The notes under the pieces were generated by a model that was not told the DNA's origin, did no database searches, and was given only the letters and a program-made list of their open reading frames with translations. This document shows positions 20,150 to 31,104 of a DNA stretch of 64,000 nt, in pieces. Source of the stretch: Candidatus Daviesbacteria bacterium (GTDB lineage: Bacteria > Patescibacteriota > Microgenomatia > Daviesbacterales > UBA10151); assembly GCA_016184225.1 (NCBI GenBank), contig JACPDA010000004.1, forward strand, positions 474,763 through 538,762. Direction: 5' to 3'. Numbering within the stretch: position 1 is the stretch's first letter; each line of letters starts with the position of its first letter. The translations under genes and the position numbers were made by a program.

Positions 20150-21626
20150 ACAATTTCTAAAATTTAGAATTTATTTATTCCTATTTTTTTTAGTAAGTCT
20201 GGGCATTTTTTTACGGTTTCATAATCTGCCTAATCTTTACATTTTTGGTTTTGACGAAGAATACCAGGCAACTTATGCCATGACGCTGGTAAAAGATATA
20301 CATCCTATTTGGATTGGGGTAAGCGCCTCTTTTTTGGATTATTATCTGGGTCCTTATTTTACTTATTTTACTTCCTTTTGGCTTTGGATTTCCTCGGGAG
20401 ACCCGTTAATTACATCTTATGTGGCCGGAATAACCGGGGTGGCAACAGGAGTAGCAGTATTTTTTGTCGGATGGAAGTTTTTTAATTTGACTACAGGGAT
20501 TATCAGTTCTTTGCTTTACATGGGTTTGCCGCTGATTGTTTTCTATGACCAGAAATATTGGAATCCGATGTTTGTGCAATTGATAGTGTTGGCAATGTTT
20601 GCTTCCCTTATTTTAATTAAAAAATCGCCGTGGTGGTGGCTTTTGTTTACCGGCGCTGTCGGAGCAATCTTTGAAACTGATCTGGCGCCGCTTCCGTTAG
20701 TAATTATTGGTATCTGGCTTTTTCTTAAAGGTAAATATTTTTTAAATAAGAAGCTGGTTTTAAGCTGTATAGTGGTATTTTTATTATTCTATTGGCCGCT
20801 TTTAGTCTTTGATTTTAACCATAACTGGAGCAATCTGACTGTGCTTGGCCGATACAACCGGCAGGTAAAAGCATCCGGAGCGAGATTTGATCCGATGAGT
20901 AAGACAAGCTCGGTTTTGGATACCATGGGCAGGTTTTGGTATTTGGAGCCCGGTAAGTCTAATGCCCAGGAGCTGAATATTTTTTGTAACTTACAAAGAA
21001 CATATCCTTCGTCCTGGCTGACGGGTTTGTCTGTAGTATTGCTTATATATTTCTTATACATAAGCTTCAAGAGCAGAAAAAAAGAGCTTCATTTGTTGAC
21101 ATCTTTTATATTGGTATCGCTGCTTTTTTATATTCTTTATACCGGGGGGTCATTTGAGTATTACCTTCATGGTTTTATAACTTTGTTTACTTTTGTTCCG
21201 GCAATTTTAATCAGTCAAGTGAAAGGAAGAAGCAGAGGTTTGTTTTTTCTGTTTATTGCTGTGATATTAATTCTGGGACTTAGGACTATAATAAATTCAT
21301 CGGATAGATACAGCTTAGGATCAAAAAAGGTACTAATCGGGAAGGTGATGGGAATAGTTAAAGATGAAAGTTTTGCCATAGATAAAATGGGGACTTGTCA
21401 TATTTATGACGGATGGAGGTATTTATTTAAAGTTTACGGCAGGACACCGGCCAGGAGCTTTACTGATCAAAATTTTGCCTGGTTGTATCCGGAAGAAGTT
21501 GATAATGAGCCGGTAACATATAATGTAATTGTGTCTGAGTATGGAGTACAAGCAGATCGGGATTTAACAGGATATGAGAGAATTGATGAAGGGGGTTTTT
21601 CGGCTTACGTAAAAAAAATAAAATAA
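20142..21626 (+). CDS. GT-C glycosyltransferase (ArnT/PMT-like)
   Basis: FGFDEE in the first loop, YLGPYFTY, WNP; multi-TM. Confidence 0.7.
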   Translation: MVKQFLKFRIYLFLFFLVSLGIFLRFHNLPNLYIFGFDEEYQATYAMTLVKDIHPIWIGVSASFLDYYLGPYFTYFTSFWLWISSGDPLITSYVAGITGVATGVAVFFVGWKFFNLTTGIISSLLYMGLPLIVFYDQKYWNPMFVQLIVLAMFASLILIKKSPWWWLLFTGAVGAIFETDLAPLPLVIIGIWLFLKGKYFLNKKLVLSCIVVFLLFYWPLLVFDFNHNWSNLTVLGRYNRQVKASGARFDPMSKTSSVLDTMGRFWYLEPGKSNAQELNIFCNLQRTYPSSWLTGLSVVLLIYFLYISFKSRKKELHLLTSFILVSLLFYILYTGGSFEYYLHGFITLFTFVPAILISQVKGRSRGLFFLFIAVILILGLRTIINSSDRYSLGSKKVLIGKVMGIVKDESFAIDKMGTCHIYDGWRYLFKVYGRTPARSFTDQNFAWLYPEEVDNEPVTYNVIVSEYGVQADRDLTGYERIDEGGFSAYVKKIK

Positions 21627-21676
21627 GGACCTGCTTCGCTCGCAGAACCTTGCCTTTTTGAAAGGAGTTCAAAAAC

Positions 21677-22819
21677 GTGAAGATTTGGATTGATGGATAT
21701 GAGGCAAATGTATTGCAAAGACTGGGTTCTTCCCAAGTGGCTTTTGAGCTGATTCGTAATCTGGAGAAGATTGATCAAAAAAATGATTACACAATTGTCT
21801 TACCGGCTCCCCCGCTGGAGGACTTGCCCAGGGAAAGAAAGAGATGGAAATATAAAGTTCTAAGGCCTAAGAGATTTTGGACCAGGATTGCGTTGCCGTT
21901 AGCGCTCTATGGCGCTAAGGAAAAGCCGGATATATTCTTTTCGCCGACGCATTATATTCCAAGATTCAGACCTGCAAAGGTAGAAAGGGTGGTGACAATA
22001 TTTGATTTGTCTTTCCTGCATTTTCCTGAGATGTTTATCCAAAAAGACCTTTGGCAGCTTAAAGGCTGGACTAAATTCTCCGTAGAAAATGCCGAACACA
22101 TAGTTACGATTTCTGAATTCTCTAAAGGGGATATTGTTAAGCAGTATGGACTTAATAAGGATAAAATCACAGTAGCTTACCCGGGATATGATAACGATAA
22201 GTTTAAAGTACAAAGTGCAAAGTTAGAAGTTGAAGTAATTAAGAAACGCTACAAAATAGGGGATAACTACATTATATATATAGGGACTATACAGCCGAGG
22301 AAAAACCTCATTAGGCTAATGGAGGCATTTGCCAGGGTAGTGCAGGATGTAAACGGACTGGAGCTTGTAGTGGTGGGTAAAACAAAAGGGGAGGGAAAAC
22401 AAGGTTGGATGTATAAGGATATTTTACAAACTCCTACAGATTTAGGGATTGAAGATAAAGTTAAGTTCTTAGGCTTTGTACCGACAGAAGATTTATCTAG
22501 CCTTTTGTCGGGAGCAGTAGCTTTTATCCAGCCATCTTTGTGGGAAGGGTTTGGGATACCGGTGGTGGAAGCAATGGCTTGCGGTGTGCCGGTAATTGTT
22601 TCCAATGTTTCGTCCTTGCCAGAAGTTGTGGGAAAAGCCGGACTGTTGGTAGATCCGTATTCGGTGGATCAAATAGAGCAGGCAATAAGGACTATTGTTT
22701 CTGATAAAAAACTGCAGCAGAAATATTCTAAAGAAGGGACTATTCAAGCCAGAAAATTTTCTTGGGACAAAATGGCAAGAGAAGTTTTAGAAGTATTTGA
22801 GAAGATAAAAAAGAGTTAG
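21677..22819 (+). CDS. Glycosyltransferase family 4
   Basis: [26 protein letters not shown]; GTG start after AAGGAG. Confidence 0.9.
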   Translation: MKIWIDGYEANVLQRLGSSQVAFELIRNLEKIDQKNDYTIVLPAPPLEDLPRERKRWKYKVLRPKRFWTRIALPLALYGAKEKPDIFFSPTHYIPRFRPAKVERVVTIFDLSFLHFPEMFIQKDLWQLKGWTKFSVENAEHIVTISEFSKGDIVKQYGLNKDKITVAYPGYDNDKFKVQSAKLEVEVIKKRYKIGDNYIIYIGTIQPRKNLIRLMEAFARVVQDVNGLELVVVGKTKGEGKQGWMYKDILQTPTDLGIEDKVKFLGFVPTEDLSSLLSGAVAFIQPSLWEGFGIPVVEAMACGVPVIVSNVSSLPEVVGKAGLLVDPYSVDQIEQAIRTIVSDKKLQQKYSKEGTIQARKFSWDKMAREVLEVFEKIKKS

Positions 22820-23051
22820 ACTGCATTATTTTTAGAGACTTGACACATGGAAGTTGTACCAGGATTAAGAACGGTACCATTTTTACGCTATTGCGAAATT
22901 TTGGTACCATCCATTTTTTTAAATTACCGCGATAAGTTGCTTCTACCAAGTTTTCCCCATATAATCGCTCGTGACTACATCGCTTCGCTTCTTGTAAGCA
23001 AAGCTTGCGATAACTTTGTTATCTAAACGCGTTGCGTTATAATTACTTTAT

Positions 23052-23654
23052 ATGTTTTTCTTTAGGGATCGGATGGGGAAGCCCTTAACCACTACTGAAG
23101 CTTCTAAGAAAGCTGTAAATAGGATATTTAATTGGGTGTTGGATTTGGAACTGTTGCTGGTGACTTGGGCAGGGTTAGTACCATGTCATTTATTCCGTCT
23201 TTTTTTCTATACCTTAGCTGGGGTAAAGATAGGCAAAGGTTCCAGGATTCATGTCGGGGCCAGATTCTTCTATCCGGCTAACATAAAAATTGGGGAGGGG
23301 ACAATTATTGGCGACAATATATTTTTGGACGGGAGGGATAAATTAGTAATTGGCAACCATGTTGATATTGCCTCTGGCGTGATGATTTACAACTCCGAAC
23401 ATGATGTAAATTCCGAAGATTTCCATGCTGTCAGTGCTCCTGTTGAAATAGGGGACTTCGTATTTATCGGTCCAAGGGCAATAATTTTACCCGGTGTCAG
23501 AATAGGCAGGGGAGCAGTGGTGGCAGCCGGAGCAGTTGTGACCAAAGATGTAGAGGATTTTGCAATTGTAGGCGGAGTGCCAGCTGAGGTAATAGGGGAG
23601 AGAAAGGCTAGAGATTTGCACTATAGATTAGGTCGAGCGAGATTATTCCAATGA
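23052..23654 (+). CDS. Hexapeptide-repeat (LbH) O-acyltransferase
   Basis: ILPGVRIGRGAVVAAGAVVTKDV..GGVPA. Confidence 0.9.
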   Translation: MFFFRDRMGKPLTTTEASKKAVNRIFNWVLDLELLLVTWAGLVPCHLFRLFFYTLAGVKIGKGSRIHVGARFFYPANIKIGEGTIIGDNIFLDGRDKLVIGNHVDIASGVMIYNSEHDVNSEDFHAVSAPVEIGDFVFIGPRAIILPGVRIGRGAVVAAGAVVTKDVEDFAIVGGVPAEVIGERKARDLHYRLGRARLFQ

Positions 23655-24196
23655 TAAAGAAAGCTTTCATTATATTTTCCGCTCTTTTGTTAATTTATAT
23701 GGTTTGGCCGGGGCCAAGTAAAATTTCTGATTTTGCTCCCCTCCCCTCTTCTGATAAGTCTACCCTGGAGGGGGATACAATTCAGGTTCCTAATGTAGCA
23801 GCATATTTTTCTGACAATTACAGGAAATATGTAGTTGATTATTATACAATTAATTTTCGGGAAAAATCCCTTTTTCCTTTTCCCCCGCTCCGCTTAAATC
23901 ATCCTCCGGAATACTCCTGGCTTGCCATTAAAAGACATACTGACTCAACATATTTAGGAGAGTTACTTTATCCTTTACGGGATTCTTTATATGTTAACGG
24001 TTTGGAACCCTTTTACGAAGACGGCAGCCCAAAGTTTTGGGGATCTGTCAAGTTGAATGAAGGGGAGAACCTTTGGTATACAAAAACCACACTCCGTTAC
24101 TATCCTTCAACTAAAACGGCAAGGATCATTGTTTGGATTGGAATTATATCTTCACTTTATTTATTGTTCAAATTAGGAAGGAGAGTATTAATATAA
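23651..24196 (+). CDS. Hypothetical membrane-anchored protein
   Basis: ATGA overlap; N- and C-terminal TM segments. Confidence 0.7.
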   Translation: MIKKAFIIFSALLLIYMVWPGPSKISDFAPLPSSDKSTLEGDTIQVPNVAAYFSDNYRKYVVDYYTINFREKSLFPFPPLRLNHPPEYSWLAIKRHTDSTYLGELLYPLRDSLYVNGLEPFYEDGSPKFWGSVKLNEGENLWYTKTTLRYYPSTKTARIIVWIGIISSLYLLFKLGRRVLI

Positions 24197-24200
24197 ACTT

Positions 24201-25622
24201 ATGCTAAGAGTATCAACAATTGTTCAAAAAACCCTTTTTTATCTGACCCTGTTTCTTTTTGCCTTTATTCCTCTATACCCTAAATTTCCCTTATTCAATG
24301 TTCAGGGTACTTTTGTGGCAGTCAGAATAGAGGATCTATTTATCGGTTTAGCTGTTATTCTTTGGGGAGTTTATATTTTTTTATCCGGACAAATCAAAGG
24401 TTTTTTCAAAGATAAACTTAATCTGGCGATATTACTATTCTTTTTTATCGGGGCAGTATCTTTATTTTCTGCAGTTTTCCTGACCCATACTGTTGTTCCT
24501 CATATCGGGTTCCTGCATTTTTTTAGGAGGATTGAATTCATTCTGCTACTGCCTATTGTGGCAAGTATTGTCAGAACCAAGCGACAGTTTATTTTAACCC
24601 TGGTCACTTTAGGACTAACTATTTTAATAGTCAATGGGTATGCCCTGGGTCAGCAGTATTTAGACTGGCCGGTTATTTCTACCACTAATTCCGAGTTTTC
24701 CAAGGGTTTGATTTTACGTTTAACCCCGGGAGCCCGGGTTAATTCTACCTTTGCCGGACATTATGACTTAGCGGTATTTCTGGCCATGGCAATTACCATA
24801 TTAACTGCCATATTTTTTGCGGTTAAGAAAAAGTATAAGATTCCGGTTTTTCTATTGGGAATTATATCCTTGGTAGTTTTAATAATGACAGCAGCTAGGT
24901 TATCCTTTGTGGCGGCCTTTGTAGGAATTATTGCCGCATTGATACTGACTAGAAAAACAAAATACCTGCTACTTATTTTAGCAGTGATAATTTTTATTTT
25001 AGTTTATCCTTCACAACTTCGGGACCGGTTGATGTCTACCGTCACGGTTAATCTTTTACAGCAAGGCCAAAGATATGAGGGGAAAACTGACGATCAAAAG
25101 GTCAGGAGCAAATTGAATATTCCAACATTGGCTGTGCAGACCTCTAGCGAGTCCGCTTTAACATCTCAATTTGCTACTTCCTCAGGTCAAACGGCTACGG
25201 ATATTACCCCCGGTGAACCTGTCGATACAACTCAGCTTGGGGTTTACCGGTCCTTCCAAATCAGGTTGCAGATTGAATGGCCAAGAGCCGCCAGGGCATT
25301 TATTAAAAATCCCTTTTTGGGTACGGGTTATTCTTCGCTGGATATAGCAACCGATAATGATTTTTTAAGGTCTTTAGGTGAATCCGGAATACTAGGGACA
25401 GCGGCATTTGTCCTGATCTTAGTGGAAACAGCAAAAAGAATATTTGCTGCATTTAAAAGTAAAGATAAGCTGATCAGGTATTTTTCTGCCGGAGTTTTGG
25501 CTATGATGGTGGCTTTTGTAGTTAACGGACTTTTTATTGATGTATTTGAAGCCTCAAAAGTAGCATCACTGTTTTGGATGGTATTGGGACTTAGTTTGGC
25601 CGTTTCAAAAATCAAAGAATAA
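24201..25622 (+). CDS. O-antigen ligase/polymerase family protein
   Basis: RVNSTFAG, TAARLS, NPFLGTG, DNDFLRSLGESGILG. Confidence 0.75.
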   Translation: MLRVSTIVQKTLFYLTLFLFAFIPLYPKFPLFNVQGTFVAVRIEDLFIGLAVILWGVYIFLSGQIKGFFKDKLNLAILLFFFIGAVSLFSAVFLTHTVVPHIGFLHFFRRIEFILLLPIVASIVRTKRQFILTLVTLGLTILIVNGYALGQQYLDWPVISTTNSEFSKGLILRLTPGARVNSTFAGHYDLAVFLAMAITILTAIFFAVKKKYKIPVFLLGIISLVVLIMTAARLSFVAAFVGIIAALILTRKTKYLLLILAVIIFILVYPSQLRDRLMSTVTVNLLQQGQRYEGKTDDQKVRSKLNIPTLAVQTSSESALTSQFATSSGQTATDITPGEPVDTTQLGVYRSFQIRLQIEWPRAARAFIKNPFLGTGYSSLDIATDNDFLRSLGESGILGTAAFVLILVETAKRIFAAFKSKDKLIRYFSAGVLAMMVAFVVNGLFIDVFEASKVASLFWMVLGLSLAVSKIKE

Positions 25623-27095
25623 ATGAAAATATTAAAGATATTTACAAATCAATATTTTTGGTTGCTGCTTATAATCTTTTTTGGCTTTTGGGCCAGGCTT
25701 TATAAAATTGACTCCCCCATTGCGGATTGGCATTCCTGGAGACAGGCTGATACTGCAGCGGTTACCAGAAACTTCATAAAGACAGGTTTTAACCCTTTGT
25801 TACCTAAGTATGATGACATGTCAGGTGTTTCGGAAAATCCTGTTATCAATCCGGCTACATTCCGGTTTGTTGAATTTCCAATTTATAATATGGCGGTTTA
25901 CCCTTTGTATGTTTTGTTTGGAGTAAGCGATATATACCATCGTCTAATTTCCGTGATTTTTTCCATAGCATCAATTGTTTTTATTTTCTTTATTGTCAAA
26001 AAGTATACCGGTACTATAACCGCTTTGATTGCTTCCTTTGTCTTTGCCTTTTTGCCGTTTAATGTATTTTTTGGCAGGACAACTTTGCCGGAGCCGACCT
26101 TTATCTTTTTCGCTTTAGGGATGATTTATTTTATGGACAGGTGGATATGGGAATCCGCCAGCTGGCGGAGGGGGATTTGGGGATTTATTTTTACGGCAAT
26201 TGCTTTTTTGATGAAACCATGGGCGATCTTTTTTTATCTGCCGCTATTGTATTCAGTTTTTACAAAGCAAAATACCAGAAAATTTTGGATAAAGTTTATT
26301 ATCTTTACGGTGGCAGCGCTGGCGCCGTTTGTGTTGTGGAGACTTTGGATACTTCAGCAGCCGGAAGGTATACCGGCTTCCAGCTGGTTATTAAACAGTG
26401 ACGGGATACGTTTCCGCCCGGCATTTTGGTGGTGGATTGTTTCCGAAAGGATAGGAGGAGAGATTCTTTCCGCAACAGGAATAGTATTATTTTTTATCGG
26501 GTTTATCAGCAAACCAAAAAACGGAAATTATTTTTTACATATTTGGGCGCTGTCTGCATTTTTATTTATGGCAGTTTTCGCAACCGGCAATGTCAGGCAT
26601 AATTATTACCAAACGCTTTTTGTGCCAATTGCTTCTATCTTTTTTTCATTAGGATTTGTCGCCTTATTTAAAGGAAGTAATTCATTTATACCAAGGTTAG
26701 GAACTATTATAGTGGCTTTGATTTTATTCCCGCTGTCTTTTTATTTTGGGTTTAAGCTAGTAAAGGAGTTTTACAAAGTTAATAATCCGGCGATAGTGGA
26801 AGCCGGTAAACGGGCAGATCAAATACTGCCACGGGATGCTGTAGTTTTGGCGCCCTACAATGGCGACACTGCGTTTTTATATCAGACAAACCGGCCCGGA
26901 TTCGCGGCGGAAATGTTGCCTTTAGAAGAGTTGGTTGCCGACTATGGAGTGGGTTATTATATTTCCACAAACAGGGATGATAAGACCAACTGGGTCTTAA
27001 GGCATTTTCAGATTTTAGAAGATAATCCGAGATTTATTATTGCCAATTTACAAGTGGTTAAAGCTCCCTTAACCTCGGAAGATCCCGAACCATAG
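25623..27095 (+). CDS. GT-C glycosyltransferase (ArnT/GT39-like)
   Basis: DWHSWRQADTAAVTRNF, EFPIY, LMKP, HNYYQ. Confidence 0.75.
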   Translation: MKILKIFTNQYFWLLLIIFFGFWARLYKIDSPIADWHSWRQADTAAVTRNFIKTGFNPLLPKYDDMSGVSENPVINPATFRFVEFPIYNMAVYPLYVLFGVSDIYHRLISVIFSIASIVFIFFIVKKYTGTITALIASFVFAFLPFNVFFGRTTLPEPTFIFFALGMIYFMDRWIWESASWRRGIWGFIFTAIAFLMKPWAIFFYLPLLYSVFTKQNTRKFWIKFIIFTVAALAPFVLWRLWILQQPEGIPASSWLLNSDGIRFRPAFWWWIVSERIGGEILSATGIVLFFIGFISKPKNGNYFLHIWALSAFLFMAVFATGNVRHNYYQTLFVPIASIFFSLGFVALFKGSNSFIPRLGTIIVALILFPLSFYFGFKLVKEFYKVNNPAIVEAGKRADQILPRDAVVLAPYNGDTAFLYQTNRPGFAAEMLPLEELVADYGVGYYISTNRDDKTNWVLRHFQILEDNPRFIIANLQVVKAPLTSEDPEP

Positions 27096-27098
27096 GTT

Positions 27099-28289
27099 AT
27101 GAAAATATTAATGCTAACCCCATATTTACCTTATCCATTACTTACGGGTGGACAGACCCGTTCGTATAATCTGATTAAAAGACTTTCCTCGCTGGGGTAC
27201 GAGATAACGCTTTTTAGTTTAGTCAAGAGCAAGGATGAACGAAAATATGTTGGTGAGTTAGAGAAGTTTTGCAGGGAGGTTAAAGTTTTTAACAGGTCTG
27301 AGAAACCATGGACTGCAGAAAATGTCCTTAGAACCGGGTTTTCTTTTTATCCTTTTTTGGTAATCAGGAATTGGGCTGAGGGGGAGAAAAGCGCTATAGC
27401 AGAGAAGTTAAAGACAGAAAAATTTGATTTAATCCATGCTGAGACTTTTTATGTTATGCCTCACATTCCAAAGACACGGATACCGATACTTCTAGTAGAG
27501 CAAACTATTGAGTATTTAGTTTATAGCCATTATGCACAGAGCCATCGTAATTTAGCTTTGAGACCCTTTTTATTTTTTGATGTACTGAAGATGAAATATT
27601 GGGAGAAAAGGTTTTGGGGGCAGGCCAACAAAGTTGCTGCCATGTCCTTGGAGGATAAGCAAATAATGCTTTCGCAGCTGCCTACTTTAGATGTAGCCAT
27701 TGTCCCCAATGGGGTGGATAGTAAGTTTTTTGGCAAGCCAATTGCCCAACGATCAAAAACGCCAGTAGTTTTGTATTTAGGAAATTTTACCTGGTTGCAA
27801 AATAGGGAAGCGGTCGATGTTTTAATAGAAAAAGTATGGCCTAAAATTAAAGCAATGATTCCTTCAGCAAAGCTTTGGATTATTGGTAAAGATGCCCAGA
27901 AGTTTTTTCCCAATTTATCAACAGATGATATTAGAATTGAGGAGGTTGATGATGTTAGGCCGGTTTATCAACAAGCTTCTGTTTTGGTTGCTCCGATTTA
28001 TGGAGGAGGAGGAACCCGCTATAAAAATTTTGAAGCCTTTGCCTCCGGTCTTCCGGTAATTACTACCTCGATCGGAATAGGCGGCATTGATGCTAAAGAT
28101 GGAGTAGAGGTTATTGTCAGAAATGAACCTGAGGAGATAGCTAAAGCCGCGGTTGAACTCCTTAGAAATTCTAACCTGGCAAAAAAAATTGCTGATCATG
28201 CTAAGATATTGGTTAAGGATAAATTTGATTGGGATCCGATTGCCGGGACCCTAAGCCGCATCTACGAACAACTAGGGAAAACTTCATGA
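27099..28289 (+). CDS. Glycosyltransferase family 4
   Basis: PYLPYPLLTGGQ, VPNGVD, GGGTRYKNFEAFASG. Confidence 0.85.
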   Translation: MKILMLTPYLPYPLLTGGQTRSYNLIKRLSSLGYEITLFSLVKSKDERKYVGELEKFCREVKVFNRSEKPWTAENVLRTGFSFYPFLVIRNWAEGEKSAIAEKLKTEKFDLIHAETFYVMPHIPKTRIPILLVEQTIEYLVYSHYAQSHRNLALRPFLFFDVLKMKYWEKRFWGQANKVAAMSLEDKQIMLSQLPTLDVAIVPNGVDSKFFGKPIAQRSKTPVVLYLGNFTWLQNREAVDVLIEKVWPKIKAMIPSAKLWIIGKDAQKFFPNLSTDDIRIEEVDDVRPVYQQASVLVAPIYGGGGTRYKNFEAFASGLPVITTSIGIGGIDAKDGVEVIVRNEPEEIAKAAVELLRNSNLAKKIADHAKILVKDKFDWDPIAGTLSRIYEQLGKTS

Positions 28290-29404
28290 AAATCGCAGTT
28301 GACGCCAGATTTTTTAATGAGTCAGGGGTAGGTAGGTATGTCAGGAATCTGATTAGCAACTTAGCTGCCTTGGATAAAAAAAATCAGTATTATATTTTGC
28401 TGCTAAAAAAAGATTATGATAAATTTAAAGAAACTAAGAATTTTACAAAAGTCCTGGCTGATTTTCGCTGGTATGGATTTGCGGAACAGTTCAAATTACC
28501 TAAATTATTAAAGGAACTTAAATTAGATTTAGTACATTTTCCCCACTTCAATGTACCGATTTTTTATACCGGTAAATTTGTGGTGACCATACATGATTTA
28601 ATTCACCAACATCGTCATACGATTAGAGCAACAAGGTTAGATCCGTTTACTTCTAAAATAAAGCAGATCGGTTATCGAAAAGTTTTCAAGGTAGCAACAA
28701 ATAAATCACAGAAGATTTTAGTTCCTTCCAAATCTGTAAAGCAGCTTTTACTGGATGAATGGGGTATAGATAAAGAGAGAATCGTTGTTACACCAGAGGC
28801 GGTAGATAGTAGTGTATTGGAGATAGCGAATGAGATTAGCAAGGTTGACTGTGAGAAGGTCTTAAGTAAATTTAAGATTAAACAGCCCTATCTTTTTTAT
28901 GTTGGAAACGCCCATCCCCATAAGAATGTTGAGGGTTTAATCGGGGCATTTAAAGAATTAAGGCAAAAATATAAGAGCTTATCTTTAGTGCTATCCGGCT
29001 ATGATCATTATTTCTGGCAAAGAGTAAAAAAGGAAAACCCGTATGAGGGGATTATTTACACAGGATTTGTTACGGATGAGGAGATGGTAGCCTTATACAA
29101 AGAGGCGGAAACATTTGTAATGCCTAGTTTCGAGGAAGGGTTTGGGATACCTGTTTTGGAAGCTATGGCTTGTACTTGTCCGGTAGTTGCATCTTCTGCC
29201 GGTTCTTTACCGGAAGTGGGAGAAGAAGCAGCGCTTTATTTTGATCCGGCAAAGCCAGATGATATGGCAGAAAAGATTTCTTTAGTTTTGGGCAGTGAGA
29301 AATTGAGACAAAAGCTGATAGAAAAAGGATTAAAAAGATATAAGCAGTTTAGCTGGAGAAAATTGGCAGAAAAAACTTTGGAGGTATACCAAAAATGCGG
29401 GTAG
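28286..29404 (+). CDS. Glycosyltransferase family 4
   Basis: MKIAVDAR start with ATGA overlap; VTIHDL; PSFEEGFGIPVLEAMAC. Confidence 0.9.
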   Translation: MKIAVDARFFNESGVGRYVRNLISNLAALDKKNQYYILLLKKDYDKFKETKNFTKVLADFRWYGFAEQFKLPKLLKELKLDLVHFPHFNVPIFYTGKFVVTIHDLIHQHRHTIRATRLDPFTSKIKQIGYRKVFKVATNKSQKILVPSKSVKQLLLDEWGIDKERIVVTPEAVDSSVLEIANEISKVDCEKVLSKFKIKQPYLFYVGNAHPHKNVEGLIGAFKELRQKYKSLSLVLSGYDHYFWQRVKKENPYEGIIYTGFVTDEEMVALYKEAETFVMPSFEEGFGIPVLEAMACTCPVVASSAGSLPEVGEEAALYFDPAKPDDMAEKISLVLGSEKLRQKLIEKGLKRYKQFSWRKLAEKTLEVYQKCG

Positions 29405-30468
29405 CACTTGTGCATGATGACTTGGTGCAATGGGGTGGAGCAGAGAGAGTGCTGTTTGGGTTCTCGAAAATATACCCTGATGCGCCGATATATACTTCAT
29501 TATTTGACAGGACCAATTCTTCGCTAATGCGAAATTTTGGTACCAAAAAAATAATTACATCTTTTTTACAGAAAATCCCTGGATGGAAGGGCTTATATAA
29601 GGTATTACTTCCTTTGTATCCTCTGGCTTTTGAGCAGTTTAATTTTGATCAATATGATTTGGTAATTTCTCACACTACCAGATTTGCCAAAAGTATAATA
29701 ACCAAACCTGCCACAGTGCATATTTGTTATTGTCATACGCCACCAAGATTTTTATGGCATTTTTCAGGAGAGCAAAATTATGGTTTAGGGGAGATATTGC
29801 TGACTAAACTAAGACTTTATGATCAAGTATCAGCCCGCCGGGTAGACCACTTTATAGGCGGTTCGAAGAATGCTAAAAGAAGAATTAAAAGAGTATATGG
29901 GGTAGAATCTAAGGTCGTTTATCCGTTTGTTGATTTAGAAAGGTTTACAGGGGTGGAACGTTTTGACGGGGGATATTTTGTAGTTATATCGAGGCCAAGT
30001 AAGTACAAGAGGGTAGATCTGGCAGCGAAAGCTTGTTCGGAGTTAGGTGTGCCTCTGAGAGTAATTGGGGGATTGGGGGATTTTAGGGGAATTCGGGGTA
30101 TTCGGGGAGTAGAATTTTTGGAAAAATTGGACGACCGGATGGTAATAAATATCTTAGCCGGGTGCAAGGCTTTAATTATTCCGGGAGTCGAAGACTTTGG
30201 ACTGACAAGTTTGGAAGCCCAGGCTTTGGGGAAGCCGGTTGTAGCATTTAAGGAAGGCGGTGCGCTGGAAACGGTTATTGAAAGCAAAACCGGTATTTTC
30301 TTTGACAAGCAAACTGTTGATAGTCTGAAAAAGGCTTTGATGGAGCTTGATACTATGCGGATTAACCCGGAAGACTGCAGAAGAAATGCTGAGGCTTTCG
30401 GCAAAGAAAAATTTATTAAAACCTTTCAGCAAACAGTTGCCTCTTTGTTGTACACTAGAAAAGCCTAA
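29395..30468 (+). CDS. Glycosyltransferase family 4 (WbaZ-like)
   Basis: MRVALVHD, GGAERV, YCHTPPR, EDFGLTSLEAQ. Confidence 0.9.
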   Translation: MRVALVHDDLVQWGGAERVLFGFSKIYPDAPIYTSLFDRTNSSLMRNFGTKKIITSFLQKIPGWKGLYKVLLPLYPLAFEQFNFDQYDLVISHTTRFAKSIITKPATVHICYCHTPPRFLWHFSGEQNYGLGEILLTKLRLYDQVSARRVDHFIGGSKNAKRRIKRVYGVESKVVYPFVDLERFTGVERFDGGYFVVISRPSKYKRVDLAAKACSELGVPLRVIGGLGDFRGIRGIRGVEFLEKLDDRMVINILAGCKALIIPGVEDFGLTSLEAQALGKPVVAFKEGGALETVIESKTGIFFDKQTVDSLKKALMELDTMRINPEDCRRNAEAFGKEKFIKTFQQTVASLLYTRKA

Positions 30469-30474
30469 AAATTT

Positions 30475-31104
30475 ATGCTGTATGATTTTTTGAAGCGATT
30501 AATGGATATATTTGGATCGGTGGTAGGATTGATTTTACTTTCTCCACTTCTTTTGCTAGTGGCATTGGCTATTAAATTAGACTCTCCTGGTCCAGTCATG
30601 GCCGATACCCCGATGAGAGCAGGTAAAGATGGCAAGCTTTTTAGGATTTATAAATTTCGGTCAATGGTACAAAATGCTCATGAGATTTTGGAAAAAAATC
30701 CAAAACTTTTAGAACAATACAAAAAAAATAGTTATAAAATATTCAACGACCCAAGGATAACACAAGTTGGCAGGTTTCTTAGAAAATTTTCAATTGATGA
30801 ATTCCCTCAATTTTTAAATATCTTAAAAGGTGAAATGAGTATGGTTGGACCCCGGGCGTATTACCCTTATGAACTTGAAGAACAACAAAAAAATTACCCC
30901 CAGTCAAGGAAATATGTTAAGGTTATTTTATCCGGTAAACCAGGTTTGACAGGAGTTTGGCAAGTTACAGGAAGGTCGGATATTAATTTTGATAAAAGGG
31001 TGGAGATGGATGCGAAGTACGTTAAGAGAAAGTCTATTATCTATGATCTTTGGATTATGTTTAAAACTATTCCGGCAGTAATTTCAGGAAGAGGGGCAGT
31101 TTAA
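30475..31104 (+). CDS. Bacterial sugar transferase (initiating phosphoglycosyl transferase)
   Basis: KRLMD, YKFRSM, DPRITQVG, SIDEFPQ, MSMVGPR, PGLTGVWQVTGR. Confidence 0.92.
   Translation: MLYDFLKRLMDIFGSVVGLILLSPLLLLVALAIKLDSPGPVMADTPMRAGKDGKLFRIYKFRSMVQNAHEILEKNPKLLEQYKKNSYKIFNDPRITQVGRFLRKFSIDEFPQFLNILKGEMSMVGPRAYYPYELEEQQKNYPQSRKYVKVILSGKPGLTGVWQVTGRSDINFDKRVEMDAKYVKRKSIIYDLWIMFKTIPAVISGRGAV

Noticed and set aside
22200-22235. 7-nt degenerate repeat (AAAGTAC/AAAGTGC/AAAGTTA) in a GT4 gene as a phase-variation tract
   Set aside because: Units are degenerate and the frame is intact
22740-22949. 69-aa minus-strand ORF in the GT4-acyltransferase gap
   Set aside because: TTG start, overlaps the GT4 end, no recognisable motif
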